DNA of 64,000 bases, taken from assembly GCA_040218735.1 (NCBI GenBank), contig JAVJQW010000023.1:320001-384000 (forward strand). Reading direction: 5' to 3'. Below are positions 1 to 8,658 of this stretch, one piece after another (within the stretch, counting starts at the first letter, position 1; each line of letters begins with the position of its first letter). This DNA comes from Deltaproteobacteria bacterium (GTDB taxonomy: Bacteria; Myxococcota; Kuafuiibacteriia; Kuafuiibacteriales; Kuafuiibacteriaceae). The translations under genes and the position numbers were made by a program. A model generated the notes under the pieces. That model saw only the letters and a program-made list of their open reading frames with translations, was not told the origin of the DNA and did no database searches.

Positions 1-1527
1 CATCACGCCGCGCAGGGGGATCGACTCCACCAACGCGAGATTGACGCCGTGGCGCGCGAGGATTCGGTTCGCCGCGATGAGGCCGCCGGTGAACGCGCCC
101 TCCATCAGCATCGTCGGGAACGACTGCCGCACCCAGTCGCCGGCGAGGTAGAGCCCCTCCGTGCCCGAGTCGACCGTGGGGCGCGTCGCGTTCGCGCCGA
201 CGTGGAACGCCGGGAAGTCACGCCGGAGCTGGAGGTCCTCTTGGACGATGGCTGCGTCGTACTCGAAGCGACGCTTGAGCTCGTCGTAGAGCAGGCCTCC
301 CACGGCGTCGTCCGGGATGTCGTCCGGGAGCGCGTAGCAGTGCAGCTCCAACACCGCGCCGCCGTTCTTCTCCGCCCACGCGCGCGCTTCGGGTTCGTAG
401 CGATCGTTGAGGGCGACTGCGTCGAGCACCCGTTCGCTCTCGGTGATCACGAAGTCACGGATGTCGTGCTCGAAGGGGCGGTCGAGCCACAGGCGCTGCA
501 CGGCGTAGCGCTGACCGGCGCGGAGGGTGTCGAGGCCCGGCACCGGCTCGATGCCTTCCGCGGCGCCGAGGATCTTCTTCGTGCCGACCACGTTCGTCGC
601 GATGACGACGTCGTCGAACGTCTCGCCGTCGACCTCGAACCCCCGCGCGGTGCGCCGCAGGCGCTCGACCGGCTTCCCCAACGACAGCGTCACGCCGAGG
701 CCTCGGAGGTGATCGCGGATCGGCGCGATCAGCGCGTGTTCGTAGTCGTGCTGCGGGAAGTCGTAGACCAGCCCGAGGTCGTGGCCGAGGAAGTAGAAGT
801 GAAAGCACTTCACGAGCTCCGCGAGCGACATCTTGTCCTCGTCGGCGAAGAACGCGCGGGCGAACGTGCCGAACGCGAGGCGGAGGCGCCGCGGGAGCTT
901 CGCGGCCTCCGCGAACTGCGCGAAGCTGACGTCGTCGTAGCGCCGGTAGGTGTCGGCGCGATCGTACTCGAGGAACACACCCATCAGATCGCGCGCGGGC
1001 CCGAACACGATTCCGCCGAGTGCGTAGACGCCGCGCCGCCACAGCGACAGGAGGTTGAGGATCGGCGTCTTGTCGATCCCGCCGAACGACAGGCGCGTGC
1101 CGTCGCGCTCTACGATCTGGTAGTCACCGATCGACCGAAACGCCTCCCGCACGCCGAGTCCGTGGAGGAAGCGATCGAGGTTGTAGTAATTGAGGAAGAA
1201 CGCGTGGAAGCCGTGCCCGATCCACGTCGAGCTGTCGTCGGGGAGCGTCGTCTTCCACGCGCCGACCTTGCCGCCGAGGTAGGGCTCGGCCTCGAACAGC
1301 TCGACCTCGAACCCGCGCTCCGCGAGCGTCGACGCGGCGGCGATCCCCGCGAGCCCGCCGCCGACGACGGCCACGCGCTTCGGCTCGGCGACGCGCTCGA
1401 CGCGCTCGCTCCCCTCGATCACGATGCGCTGCGGACCGAGCCGCCACGCGACGACCCGACGGACGAGCGGCTTGAACGACAACCCCCCGACGATCGCGAG
1501 GACCAACGCCGCGACGGCCCAGACCAC
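1..1527 (-). CDS. FAD-dependent oxidoreductase, carotenoid desaturase / isorenieratene synthase (CrtU)-like; 3' end runs off window
   Basis: Manual translation (absent from the ORF track): GTG at 1527, VAVVGGGLAGIAAA dinucleotide motif, EAEPYLGGK, GHGFHAFFLNYYNL, C-terminal LYLAGDW...MEGA. Confidence 0.8.
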   Translation of the reverse strand, partial: MVWAVAALVLAIVGGLSFKPLVRRVVAWRLGPQRIVIEGSERVERVAEPKRVAVVGGGLAGIAAASTLAERGFEVELFEAEPYLGGKVGAWKTTLPDDSSTWIGHGFHAFFLNYYNLDRFLHGLGVREAFRSIGDYQIVERDGTRLSFGGIDKTPILNLLSLWRRGVYALGGIVFGPARDLMGVFLEYDRADTYRRYDDVSFAQFAEAAKLPRRLRLAFGTFARAFFADEDKMSLAELVKCFHFYFLGHDLGLVYDFPQHDYEHALIAPIRDHLRGLGVTLSLGKPVERLRRTARGFEVDGETFDDVVIATNVVGTKKILGAAEGIEPVPGLDTLRAGQRYAVQRLWLDRPFEHDIRDFVITESERVLDAVALNDRYEPEARAWAEKNGGAVLELHCYALPDDIPDDAVGGLLYDELKRRFEYDAAIVQEDLQLRRDFPAFHVGANATRPTVDSGTEGLYLAGDWVRQSFPTMLMEGAFTGGLIAANRILARHGVNLALVESIPLRGVM

Positions 1528-1545
1528 GCGCGGAGGCTAGCACCG

Positions 1546-3276
1546 CTGATCGCGGCTTCGTTGCTGCTTTGTTCACCCGCGGTCGCAGCCCCTCTCGACG
1601 ATCCGACTCCGGCCGAGCCGCGCAGTCGATTCTGCTGCGCGCTGGGCCGTGATCTCCCGGTGCGGTTGGGGCCGTTGATGCTCCCGATCCGTCTGAAGAA
1701 CGTGGTCTCCGTAGAGCGGCTCGGCGCGCATCACTACACGGGAAAGCTCCCGCTCGAGGAGCGTACCGGCCTGCTCTATACGTGCCGCGGCGGGTTGATC
1801 GATCTCGGTCACGTGCGCGCGTCGATCGATCGCGTCGCCTTCCTCTACGCCGCGAGCGTGCGACCGCGCGTCGAGCTCGGCGTGCAGGGCGGAACGGGCG
1901 TCTTCGTCCACAACGCGACCACCGCCGAGGACCGCCGCGCCTTCGCCGCGCGGGGCGCCTACCGGCTCGCGGTCTGGCACGAACAGGCCACCACGCGCGG
2001 GGTGGGCCGACGCCCTTACTTCGCCGAAGACTTCTCCGCCGGCTCGCCCGAAGACCTCTACTCCGACGCCCTCGGCGCGACGATCGGCCTCGCGGCGCTC
2101 TTGGATCCGCGACCGTTCGAAGAGGCCGTCGACGACCTCCTCGTGCGCCACCTCGAAGCGCTCGGCGCCGTCCCGGCCGGCGCGACGAAGACGGCGCTCG
2201 ACCGCGTCGAAGGACAGTGGTGGCGACGCGGGGTCATGGTGCCCGACGGCGCCCTGCTCCTCGCGCGCCGTGACGACGACGGGCTCCCGATTCAACCCTG
2301 GCGCCTCGACGCCGACGACGCCGCGTTACTCGGTTGCACCGCGAACGCCGAGTCCCTCGACCTCCCCGCGGCGCCGCCGTTCACCTTCGCCGTCGACGAC
2401 GCCGAGCCGGGCTCCGACGCGAGACCCGAGCGCCCGTGGATCGGCGCGCTCCGTCTGCAGTCGATTCGGTTGATGCCGTTCGAGCTCTTCGCGGGCGGTT
2501 TCGGGCGGGAAAAGTTCACCCCTTCGTTCGGACTGCGGGTGCGCGGCGGCGAAGCGCGCACGTGGGGCGGCGACGCTCGCATCGTCCGCTTCGCCACGGC
2601 GTTCGCCGACGCGGACCGAGGCACGGTGTTCAACATCGTCGGCGTCGAAGCCGAGTCGCTGTCGTTCTGCACCGACGCCGACGACGGCACGCTGCACGGT
2701 CCGATCAGCGCGTGGTTCATGGCGTGTCGCCCGGGCGGCGTCGGGGTCGGCGGTCGACTCCTGCACGCGCAGTACGACGGGCGCACCGGGCGCACGATCG
2801 TCCGACCCGTCGAGCTGACGGTCGACGTCGACCTGCTCCGCAACGCGTTCACGCCGGCGTGGTTCACCCGACGCCTCACGGTCGCCGCGGGGTTCGGCGT
2901 CGACGACGTCCGCGAAGGCGTCCGCCACCGCGTCATCCCGCGCGCGGTCGCCTCGCTTCGGTTCGACCTCGGCGACGAAGACGGCGACTTCGGCCTCCGC
3001 GTTCGGGGATCGGTGCGGCAGTCGGTCACCACGTTCGCCGACCGCGGGATCGAGTCGTCGCTGAGGCTAGTGCATCGCCTCTACCTCGGCGCCGAGACGC
3101 CTCGGTCGATTCCGACGGCGCTCATCGAGCTCGGCGCGGAGATCGGCCACGCGTACTGGGCCGACCCGTGGACGTCGATCTCGGATTGGTCGCTTCCGCT
3201 CCTCTCCGCGCGCGACCCGCATACGCTCTACGGCGCCCTCACCGTCGGCGCGCGCTTCGAGGCGATCACCTTCTGA
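1546..3276 (+). CDS. DUF4056-like exported protein with beta-rich C-terminal region
   Basis: C-terminal part of ORF 49..3276: signal-like LIAASLLLCSPAVAA, RFCCALG, LLYTCRGGLIDLGHVR, SPEDLYSD; ends in F; start uncertain (1546 or 1561). Confidence 0.6.
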   Translation: MIAASLLLCSPAVAAPLDDPTPAEPRSRFCCALGRDLPVRLGPLMLPIRLKNVVSVERLGAHHYTGKLPLEERTGLLYTCRGGLIDLGHVRASIDRVAFLYAASVRPRVELGVQGGTGVFVHNATTAEDRRAFAARGAYRLAVWHEQATTRGVGRRPYFAEDFSAGSPEDLYSDALGATIGLAALLDPRPFEEAVDDLLVRHLEALGAVPAGATKTALDRVEGQWWRRGVMVPDGALLLARRDDDGLPIQPWRLDADDAALLGCTANAESLDLPAAPPFTFAVDDAEPGSDARPERPWIGALRLQSIRLMPFELFAGGFGREKFTPSFGLRVRGGEARTWGGDARIVRFATAFADADRGTVFNIVGVEAESLSFCTDADDGTLHGPISAWFMACRPGGVGVGGRLLHAQYDGRTGRTIVRPVELTVDVDLLRNAFTPAWFTRRLTVAAGFGVDDVREGVRHRVIPRAVASLRFDLGDEDGDFGLRVRGSVRQSVTTFADRGIESSLRLVHRLYLGAETPRSIPTALIELGAEIGHAYWADPWTSISDWSLPLLSARDPHTLYGALTVGARFEAITF

Positions 3277-3317
3277 TCGAGGAACAACACCCGCGCATCG
3301 ATGGTTCCGGCTGAGAA

Positions 3318-4349
3318 ATGGGGCCGGTCGACGCGCAGAAGATTGCCGTGCCCGCCGTCGGCGCGCTGCACGACGACCCTTTCCTCCGCCGATGGTCGCG
3401 CCGCTTCGTGAGCTTCTCCTTCGTGGGGATGGCGCTGCTCGTGAGCGTCGTAGCGTTCCCGCTCGCGCTCGTCCACGACGCCATACGCCGACGCCGCTTC
3501 TCCGGCGTGCGGTTCTGGGCCGTCGTGATCGTCTTCCTCGGCGCGGAGCTCGTCGGGCTCACGCTCGCGTTCGAGTTGTGGCTCCGCCGCCTGCTCGGCG
3601 GGAGCGAAGCGGCGTACCTCGACGCGCACTACCGCCTGCAGTGGTGGTGGGTCAGCACGATCTTCGAGTGGTCGCGACGCATCCTCGACGTCCACGTGGA
3701 GGTCGAAGGCCTCGACGCGGTCGAGCCCGGACCGATGCTCCTCGTGCTCCGTCACGCGAGCCTCGTCGACACCCTCCTCCCCGGCCACCTCGTGTCGAGT
3801 CGACTCGGGCTCAAGCTCCGTTACGTCCTCAAACGCGAGCTGGTGTGGGACCCGTGTCTCGATGTCGTCGGGCACCGCATCCCCAACGCTTTCGTGCAGC
3901 GCGGCGGCGCAGATCATGACAAGGATCTGAGCGCGGTGCGTGCGCTCGTCGAAGGTCTCGGTCGTCACGAAGGTGTGTTGCTCTTCCCCGAGGGCACCCG
4001 GTTCTCCGAGTCGCGTCGGCGGCGGTCGCTCGAATATCTCGAAGCGAACGAACCCGAGATCCACGCGCTCGCCGAGCCCCTCGAGAACGTCCTCCCGCCG
4101 CGCCTCGGCGGGTTGTTCGCGCTGCTCGACGCGGCCCCGAACCTCCACGTCGTCTTCTGCAGCCACCGCGGCCTCGACGGCATCCGAACCTTCGACGATC
4201 TCCTGAACGGCACGCTGATCGGTCGAACGATCGCCGTCCGCTTCTGGCGCTACTCCGCCGACACCATCCCCACGGCACCGGCCGAACGCACGCGATGGCT
4301 CTACGACGCCTGGGCCGACGTGGACCGGTTCGTCGGGGAGGCGGCGTGA
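3318..4349 (+). CDS. 1-acyl-sn-glycerol-3-phosphate acyltransferase (PlsC family)
   Basis: HASLVD (HxxxxD) and FPEGTR motifs, N-terminal TM segments. Confidence 0.85.
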   Translation: MGPVDAQKIAVPAVGALHDDPFLRRWSRRFVSFSFVGMALLVSVVAFPLALVHDAIRRRRFSGVRFWAVVIVFLGAELVGLTLAFELWLRRLLGGSEAAYLDAHYRLQWWWVSTIFEWSRRILDVHVEVEGLDAVEPGPMLLVLRHASLVDTLLPGHLVSSRLGLKLRYVLKRELVWDPCLDVVGHRIPNAFVQRGGADHDKDLSAVRALVEGLGRHEGVLLFPEGTRFSESRRRRSLEYLEANEPEIHALAEPLENVLPPRLGGLFALLDAAPNLHVVFCSHRGLDGIRTFDDLLNGTLIGRTIAVRFWRYSADTIPTAPAERTRWLYDAWADVDRFVGEAA

Positions 4350-5278
4350 ACGTCATCGACCGCCTGCTCGACAAGAGCATCGTCTTCTCGTTCGACAAGA
4401 GCGGCTTCGAACGGCACCGCGCCTCCTTCGCGGACCCGGAGCTACGCGTGGACCTCACCGGGCGGCGGATGCTGGTCACCGGCGCCAACTCGGGCCTCGG
4501 CTTCGCGACGACGCGCGCGCTCGCGGAGCGCGGCGCCACCGTCTACATGCTGTGCCGGAGCGTGGAGCGTGGAGAGGCCGCGAAGGCGGAGCTGAGCGGC
4601 GACGTTCAGCTCGAACGCATCGATGTCTCGGACCTCGGCGACGTCCGCCGCTTCGCGGAGCGGTTCGAGCCGGACCACGTCGACGTGTTGATCCACAACG
4701 CGGGTGTCCTCCCGAACACCCGGACGCTCACGCCGGACGGGCTGGAGCAGACCTGGGCGACCAACGTCGTCGGGCCGTTCCTGCTCACCCACCTGATGCG
4801 CTCGCGGCTCGCCGCTTCGGACGACGCTCGGATCGTCAACGTCTCGTCGGGCGGCATGTACACCACGCGCCTCACCACGTCGGACACCCGATGGGAGCAG
4901 CGCGACTTCGACGGCGTGCAGGCGTACGCCGAGACGAAGCGCGCCGAGGTCGTGCTCACCGAGCAGTGGGCGGAGCGCCTCGCGCCCGAGGGCATCGCGG
5001 TGCACGCGATGCACCCCGGTTGGGCCGACACCCCCGGCGTGAAGACGTCGATCCCGCGCTTCCACCAGATGACGAAACACCGCCTCCGCACCTGGGAGCA
5101 GGGCGCCGACACCACGGTGTGGCTCGCGGCCTCCCCGGAGGTGCGCGGCGTGAGCGGGAAGTTCTACTTCGATCGCCGAGAGGCCCCCACGCATATCGTC
5201 GAGCGCACCAAGGAGACGGCCTCGCAGCGCGACGCGCTGTGGGCGCGCTGCTGCGAGGACGCGGGGATCGAAGTGTGA
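4346..5278 (+). CDS. SDR family oxidoreductase (DHRS12-like)
   Basis: TGANSGLG, HNAG, YAETK, MHPGWADTPGV; GTG start overlaps upstream stop. Confidence 0.9.
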   Translation: MNVIDRLLDKSIVFSFDKSGFERHRASFADPELRVDLTGRRMLVTGANSGLGFATTRALAERGATVYMLCRSVERGEAAKAELSGDVQLERIDVSDLGDVRRFAERFEPDHVDVLIHNAGVLPNTRTLTPDGLEQTWATNVVGPFLLTHLMRSRLAASDDARIVNVSSGGMYTTRLTTSDTRWEQRDFDGVQAYAETKRAEVVLTEQWAERLAPEGIAVHAMHPGWADTPGVKTSIPRFHQMTKHRLRTWEQGADTTVWLAASPEVRGVSGKFYFDRREAPTHIVERTKETASQRDALWARCCEDAGIEV

Positions 5279-6054
5279 GCGCCCTGCCCTACGCCGGCGG
5301 TGCGGTGTTCGTGTTGATGCTCGCGCAGTGGATCGCGAGCCTCCCGCTGAAGGACGCGAGCATCGTCGATCGCTTCTGGGGCGCGGGGTTTGTGTTGGTC
5401 GCGGCGTGCACTGCGTACGTGACCGCACCGCCGACACCACGCGGGTGGATCGTGCTCGCGGTCGTCACGGTGTGGGGGCTGCGACTGTCGGCGTACCTGA
5501 CCTGGCGCAACTGGGGCGAGGGTGAGGACCGTCGCTACCAGAAGATGCGCGCGCACTGGGGCGCGCGTTTCGGCGTCGTGTCGCTGTTCACCGTGTTCCT
5601 GTTCCAGGGCGCGGTCATGCTGGTCATCGCGACGCCGGTGATGGTCGCGATCGCCGCGCGAGACACATCACTCGGCGCGCTCGACGTCGGCGCCGGGGTC
5701 ACGTTTTTGATAGGCTTCACCTTCGAGGCGGTCGGTGATCTCCAGCTCGCACGCTTCCTCGCCTCACCGAGCACCGACGGCCAGGTCATGGACCGCGGCC
5801 TGTGGCGCTACACCCGCCACCCGAACTACTTCGGCGACGCGCTCGCGTGGTGGGGCATCGCGACGTTGGCCTTCGCGACCGGCGCGTGGTGGACCGCCTT
5901 CGCGCCGGCGATCATGACGTTCCTGCTCCTGAAGGTCTCGGGCGTCGTGCTGCTGGAGAAGACGATCGTGAAGCGCCGCCCGGCGTACGAGGACTACGCG
6001 CGGCGAACGTCGGCGTTCATCCCTTGGCCGCCGCGCGAGACTCAGCCGCGATAG
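5275..6054 (+). CDS. DUF1295 / steroid 5-alpha-reductase-like membrane protein
   Basis: SIVDRFWG, GEDRRY, GLWRYTRHPNYFG; GTGA overlap with SDR gene. Confidence 0.9.
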   Translation: MSALPYAGGAVFVLMLAQWIASLPLKDASIVDRFWGAGFVLVAACTAYVTAPPTPRGWIVLAVVTVWGLRLSAYLTWRNWGEGEDRRYQKMRAHWGARFGVVSLFTVFLFQGAVMLVIATPVMVAIAARDTSLGALDVGAGVTFLIGFTFEAVGDLQLARFLASPSTDGQVMDRGLWRYTRHPNYFGDALAWWGIATLAFATGAWWTAFAPAIMTFLLLKVSGVVLLEKTIVKRRPAYEDYARRTSAFIPWPPRETQPR

Positions 6055-7385
6055 TGGTCGGGGTCGAGCCCTTCCTTGCGGAGCCACCGGTAGACCTGCG
6101 CGCGGTGTTTGCCGAGGAGCTTGGCGATCGTCGCGACGTTGCCCTGGTGCTCCTCGAGCAACGCGACCAGGCCGCTTCGGTCCAACGCGACCGGTTGCGC
6201 TTCGGCCTCGGGCTTGCGCTTGCGCGCGCTGGTGAGGTTCGCGGCGAATTCGGGCGGGAGGCTCGAAAGCTCGAGGACGCGCTGGTCGAACATCTGGATC
6301 TGCGCGGCGAGGTGCTGCACCTCGCGGACGTTCTGCGGCCAGTCGTGGAGGAGCATCGCCTCGGCCGCGTCGGCGGAGATCGCGTGCAGCGGCATCGACG
6401 CCATCTGGGTGAACAGCGGGAGGACCTCCTCGCGGCGATCCGCGAGGCCGGGGAGCCGCAGCACCATCCCCGAGAGTCGCGCGTACAGGTCGCGGCGGAA
6501 GGTGCCCTGCTCGACGAGCACGTCCAACGACTTGTGCGTCGCGGCGACGACGCGAACGTCGACGGCCGTCTCCACGTCCGAGCCGACCGGGCGCACCGTC
6601 TTCTCCTGTAGGGTCCGGAGCAGCGACGGCTGCTGGTCGAGGGGGAGGTCCGCGATCTCGTCGAGGAAGAGTGTGCCGCGATCGGCGGCGACGAAGAGCC
6701 CGGAGCGATCACCGGAGGCTCCCGAGAAGGCGCCGGCCGCGTGGCCGAAGAGCTCACTCGCGATCAGCTCGCGGTTGAGCGCGCCGCAGTTCACGGCGAC
6801 GAGCCGACCGGGGCGACCGCTCGCTTCGTGAATCTGCTTCGCGAGGCGCTCCTTACCGGCGCCGGTCGGACCGAGGAGGAGCAGCGACAGCGGCGCGCGT
6901 GCCGCGAGCGTCGCGCGCGCTTCGACGACCTCGCGCAGCACACTCGCGGTCGGCGACAACCGAGGCCGCGGGAGCCCCTCGGGGAGGTCGGCCTCCGAGA
7001 ACACAAACGTCGAGTCGGCGATGCGAATGACGCTCCCGTGTTCGAGCTCCGCCTTGGCGGCGCGGGTGCCGTCGACGAACGTGCCGTTTCGGCTCCCGAG
7101 ATCTTCGACCGTGAAGACGTCCCGATCCTCGTCGTGAACGATCCGCGCGTGACGGCGACTCGACCCGGGGTCGCAGATCTCGATGCCGCCCGCGCCCGGG
7201 TCGCGTCCGATGACCACCGTGCCGTCGAGCTCCCAGACGCGCTCGGTCTGATCCGGATCCTCGACGTGATGCGCGAGCGTGAGCACTCGAACGCGCGGCG
7301 GATCGATCGCGTCGAGGCGATCGAGAAGGTCGACGTGGTCCGCGGTCTCGTCGTATCGGGAACGTGCCATCGGCGTAGGCGTCAC
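6042..7385 (-). CDS. FHA-domain sigma54-dependent transcriptional activator
   Basis: FHA (IGRDP..SRRHA..DLGSRNGT), Walker A GPTGAGKE, SELFGH, GAFSGA, FLDEI, WPQNVRE, C-terminal HTH. Confidence 0.92.
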   Translation of the reverse strand: MTPTPMARSRYDETADHVDLLDRLDAIDPPRVRVLTLAHHVEDPDQTERVWELDGTVVIGRDPGAGGIEICDPGSSRRHARIVHDEDRDVFTVEDLGSRNGTFVDGTRAAKAELEHGSVIRIADSTFVFSEADLPEGLPRPRLSPTASVLREVVEARATLAARAPLSLLLLGPTGAGKERLAKQIHEASGRPGRLVAVNCGALNRELIASELFGHAAGAFSGASGDRSGLFVAADRGTLFLDEIADLPLDQQPSLLRTLQEKTVRPVGSDVETAVDVRVVAATHKSLDVLVEQGTFRRDLYARLSGMVLRLPGLADRREEVLPLFTQMASMPLHAISADAAEAMLLHDWPQNVREVQHLAAQIQMFDQRVLELSSLPPEFAANLTSARKRKPEAEAQPVALDRSGLVALLEEHQGNVATIAKLLGKHRAQVYRWLRKEGLDPDHYRG

Positions 7386-8629
7386 TTGCCGCGTTGTGCG
7401 CCGCCCGTCGAGGGGGGGGCCTCGAGCGTGGCCGTGAGCGAGATGTCGTCGAGCTCGTCCGCGGTCTCCTCGAAGTCACCGACCACCGTATCGGCGGCCG
7501 CGATTCCCGCCGGAATGGCCGGGCCACGGTCCGTCGCGGCGATCGATCCGTCGTCCAACAGCTGCGGGAGCTCGGTCGTGGAAGGGACCTCGGCGTCCGG
7601 CGTGTTCATGCCCTGCACCACGGTTTCCACCGGGCCCGATACACTCGCAGTCGGGCCGGCGTCGTCGAAGGGGCCCGTCTCCATCTCGTCGGACGGGTTC
7701 CAGGCCGGCATCAGCTCCGGAGCGTCGAGCATGGCGGCGCGGAACGCACCGCGGAAGGTCGTGATGTCCTCGAAGCGCTCCTCGGGGCTCGTCGACATGC
7801 CGCGGACGAGCACCTCGTCGACCGAAGCGGGCACGTCGTCGCGCACGGCGGACGCGCGCGGTCGTTCACCGCGGAGGATTCGCTTCATGATGTCGAGCTG
7901 CGAGTTGGCGTCGCCGATCGACGCGTGGGCCACGAGCGGCTCGCCGTATACGTCCGTCGCCCAGGCGCGGCGGAGCGTGATGAGCTCGTAGAGGATCACC
8001 GCGAGCGCAAACTGATCCGTGCGGCCGTCGACGGGGCGCTGCCGCATCTGCTCCGGCGTCATGTAGGCGATCGATCCGATCACCCGACCAATGGTGGTCG
8101 GGTCGAAGCGCTCGTTGTCGAGGGACTTCGCGGCCCCGAAGTCGAGCACCTTCACGAAAGGCGGCTTGCGGGGGGCGTTGACCATGATGTTCGCCGGCTT
8201 GAGATCCCGGTGAACGACGGCGTGCTCGTGGGCGCAGGCGAGCGCGTCGCAGATGCGATCGCAGAGCCACGCGATTCCGATGAGTGGGATGGCGTGGCGC
8301 TTCGCCGAGCGCCGCTGCATGCGCGCTTGCAACGTCTCCCCCTCCACGTACTCGAGCGTGAAGAACCGCGGCGCGGACGTCGTTCGGTCGAGGTAAGCGC
8401 GCGCGATCGACTGATGCTCGAGGCTCGAGAGCAGCTCGGCCTCCTGACGAAAACGCTCCACGGCGCCCACCGTGGCTTCGTGTCCCGCGTGGAGGATCTT
8501 CACCGCGACGGCCGCGTCGGTCGTGAGCTCTGTTGCGCGCCAGACCGAAGAAAAGCCGCCCGACCCGAGCCGCCTCTCCAGCCGAATCCGGCCGTCGAGG
8601 ACGGCGCCTTCGGCCAAGTGCTCCGCCAT
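7382..8629 (-). CDS. Hanks-type Ser/Thr protein kinase with acidic Thr-rich tail
   Basis: LGSGGFSSV, VAVK, HRDLKPAN, DFG, YMTPEQ. Confidence 0.93.
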   Translation of the reverse strand: MAEHLAEGAVLDGRIRLERRLGSGGFSSVWRATELTTDAAVAVKILHAGHEATVGAVERFRQEAELLSSLEHQSIARAYLDRTTSAPRFFTLEYVEGETLQARMQRRSAKRHAIPLIGIAWLCDRICDALACAHEHAVVHRDLKPANIMVNAPRKPPFVKVLDFGAAKSLDNERFDPTTIGRVIGSIAYMTPEQMRQRPVDGRTDQFALAVILYELITLRRAWATDVYGEPLVAHASIGDANSQLDIMKRILRGERPRASAVRDDVPASVDEVLVRGMSTSPEERFEDITTFRGAFRAAMLDAPELMPAWNPSDEMETGPFDDAGPTASVSGPVETVVQGMNTPDAEVPSTTELPQLLDDGSIAATDRGPAIPAGIAAADTVVGDFEETADELDDISLTATLEAPPSTGGAQRGK

Positions 8630-8658
8630 CGCGGATCAGCGTAGCACACGCCTCGCAC

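Noticed and set aside
49-1545. N-terminal half of the 1075 aa plus-strand ORF
   Set aside because: It is the antisense shadow of the minus-strand FAD oxidoreductase; the real protein starts near 1546
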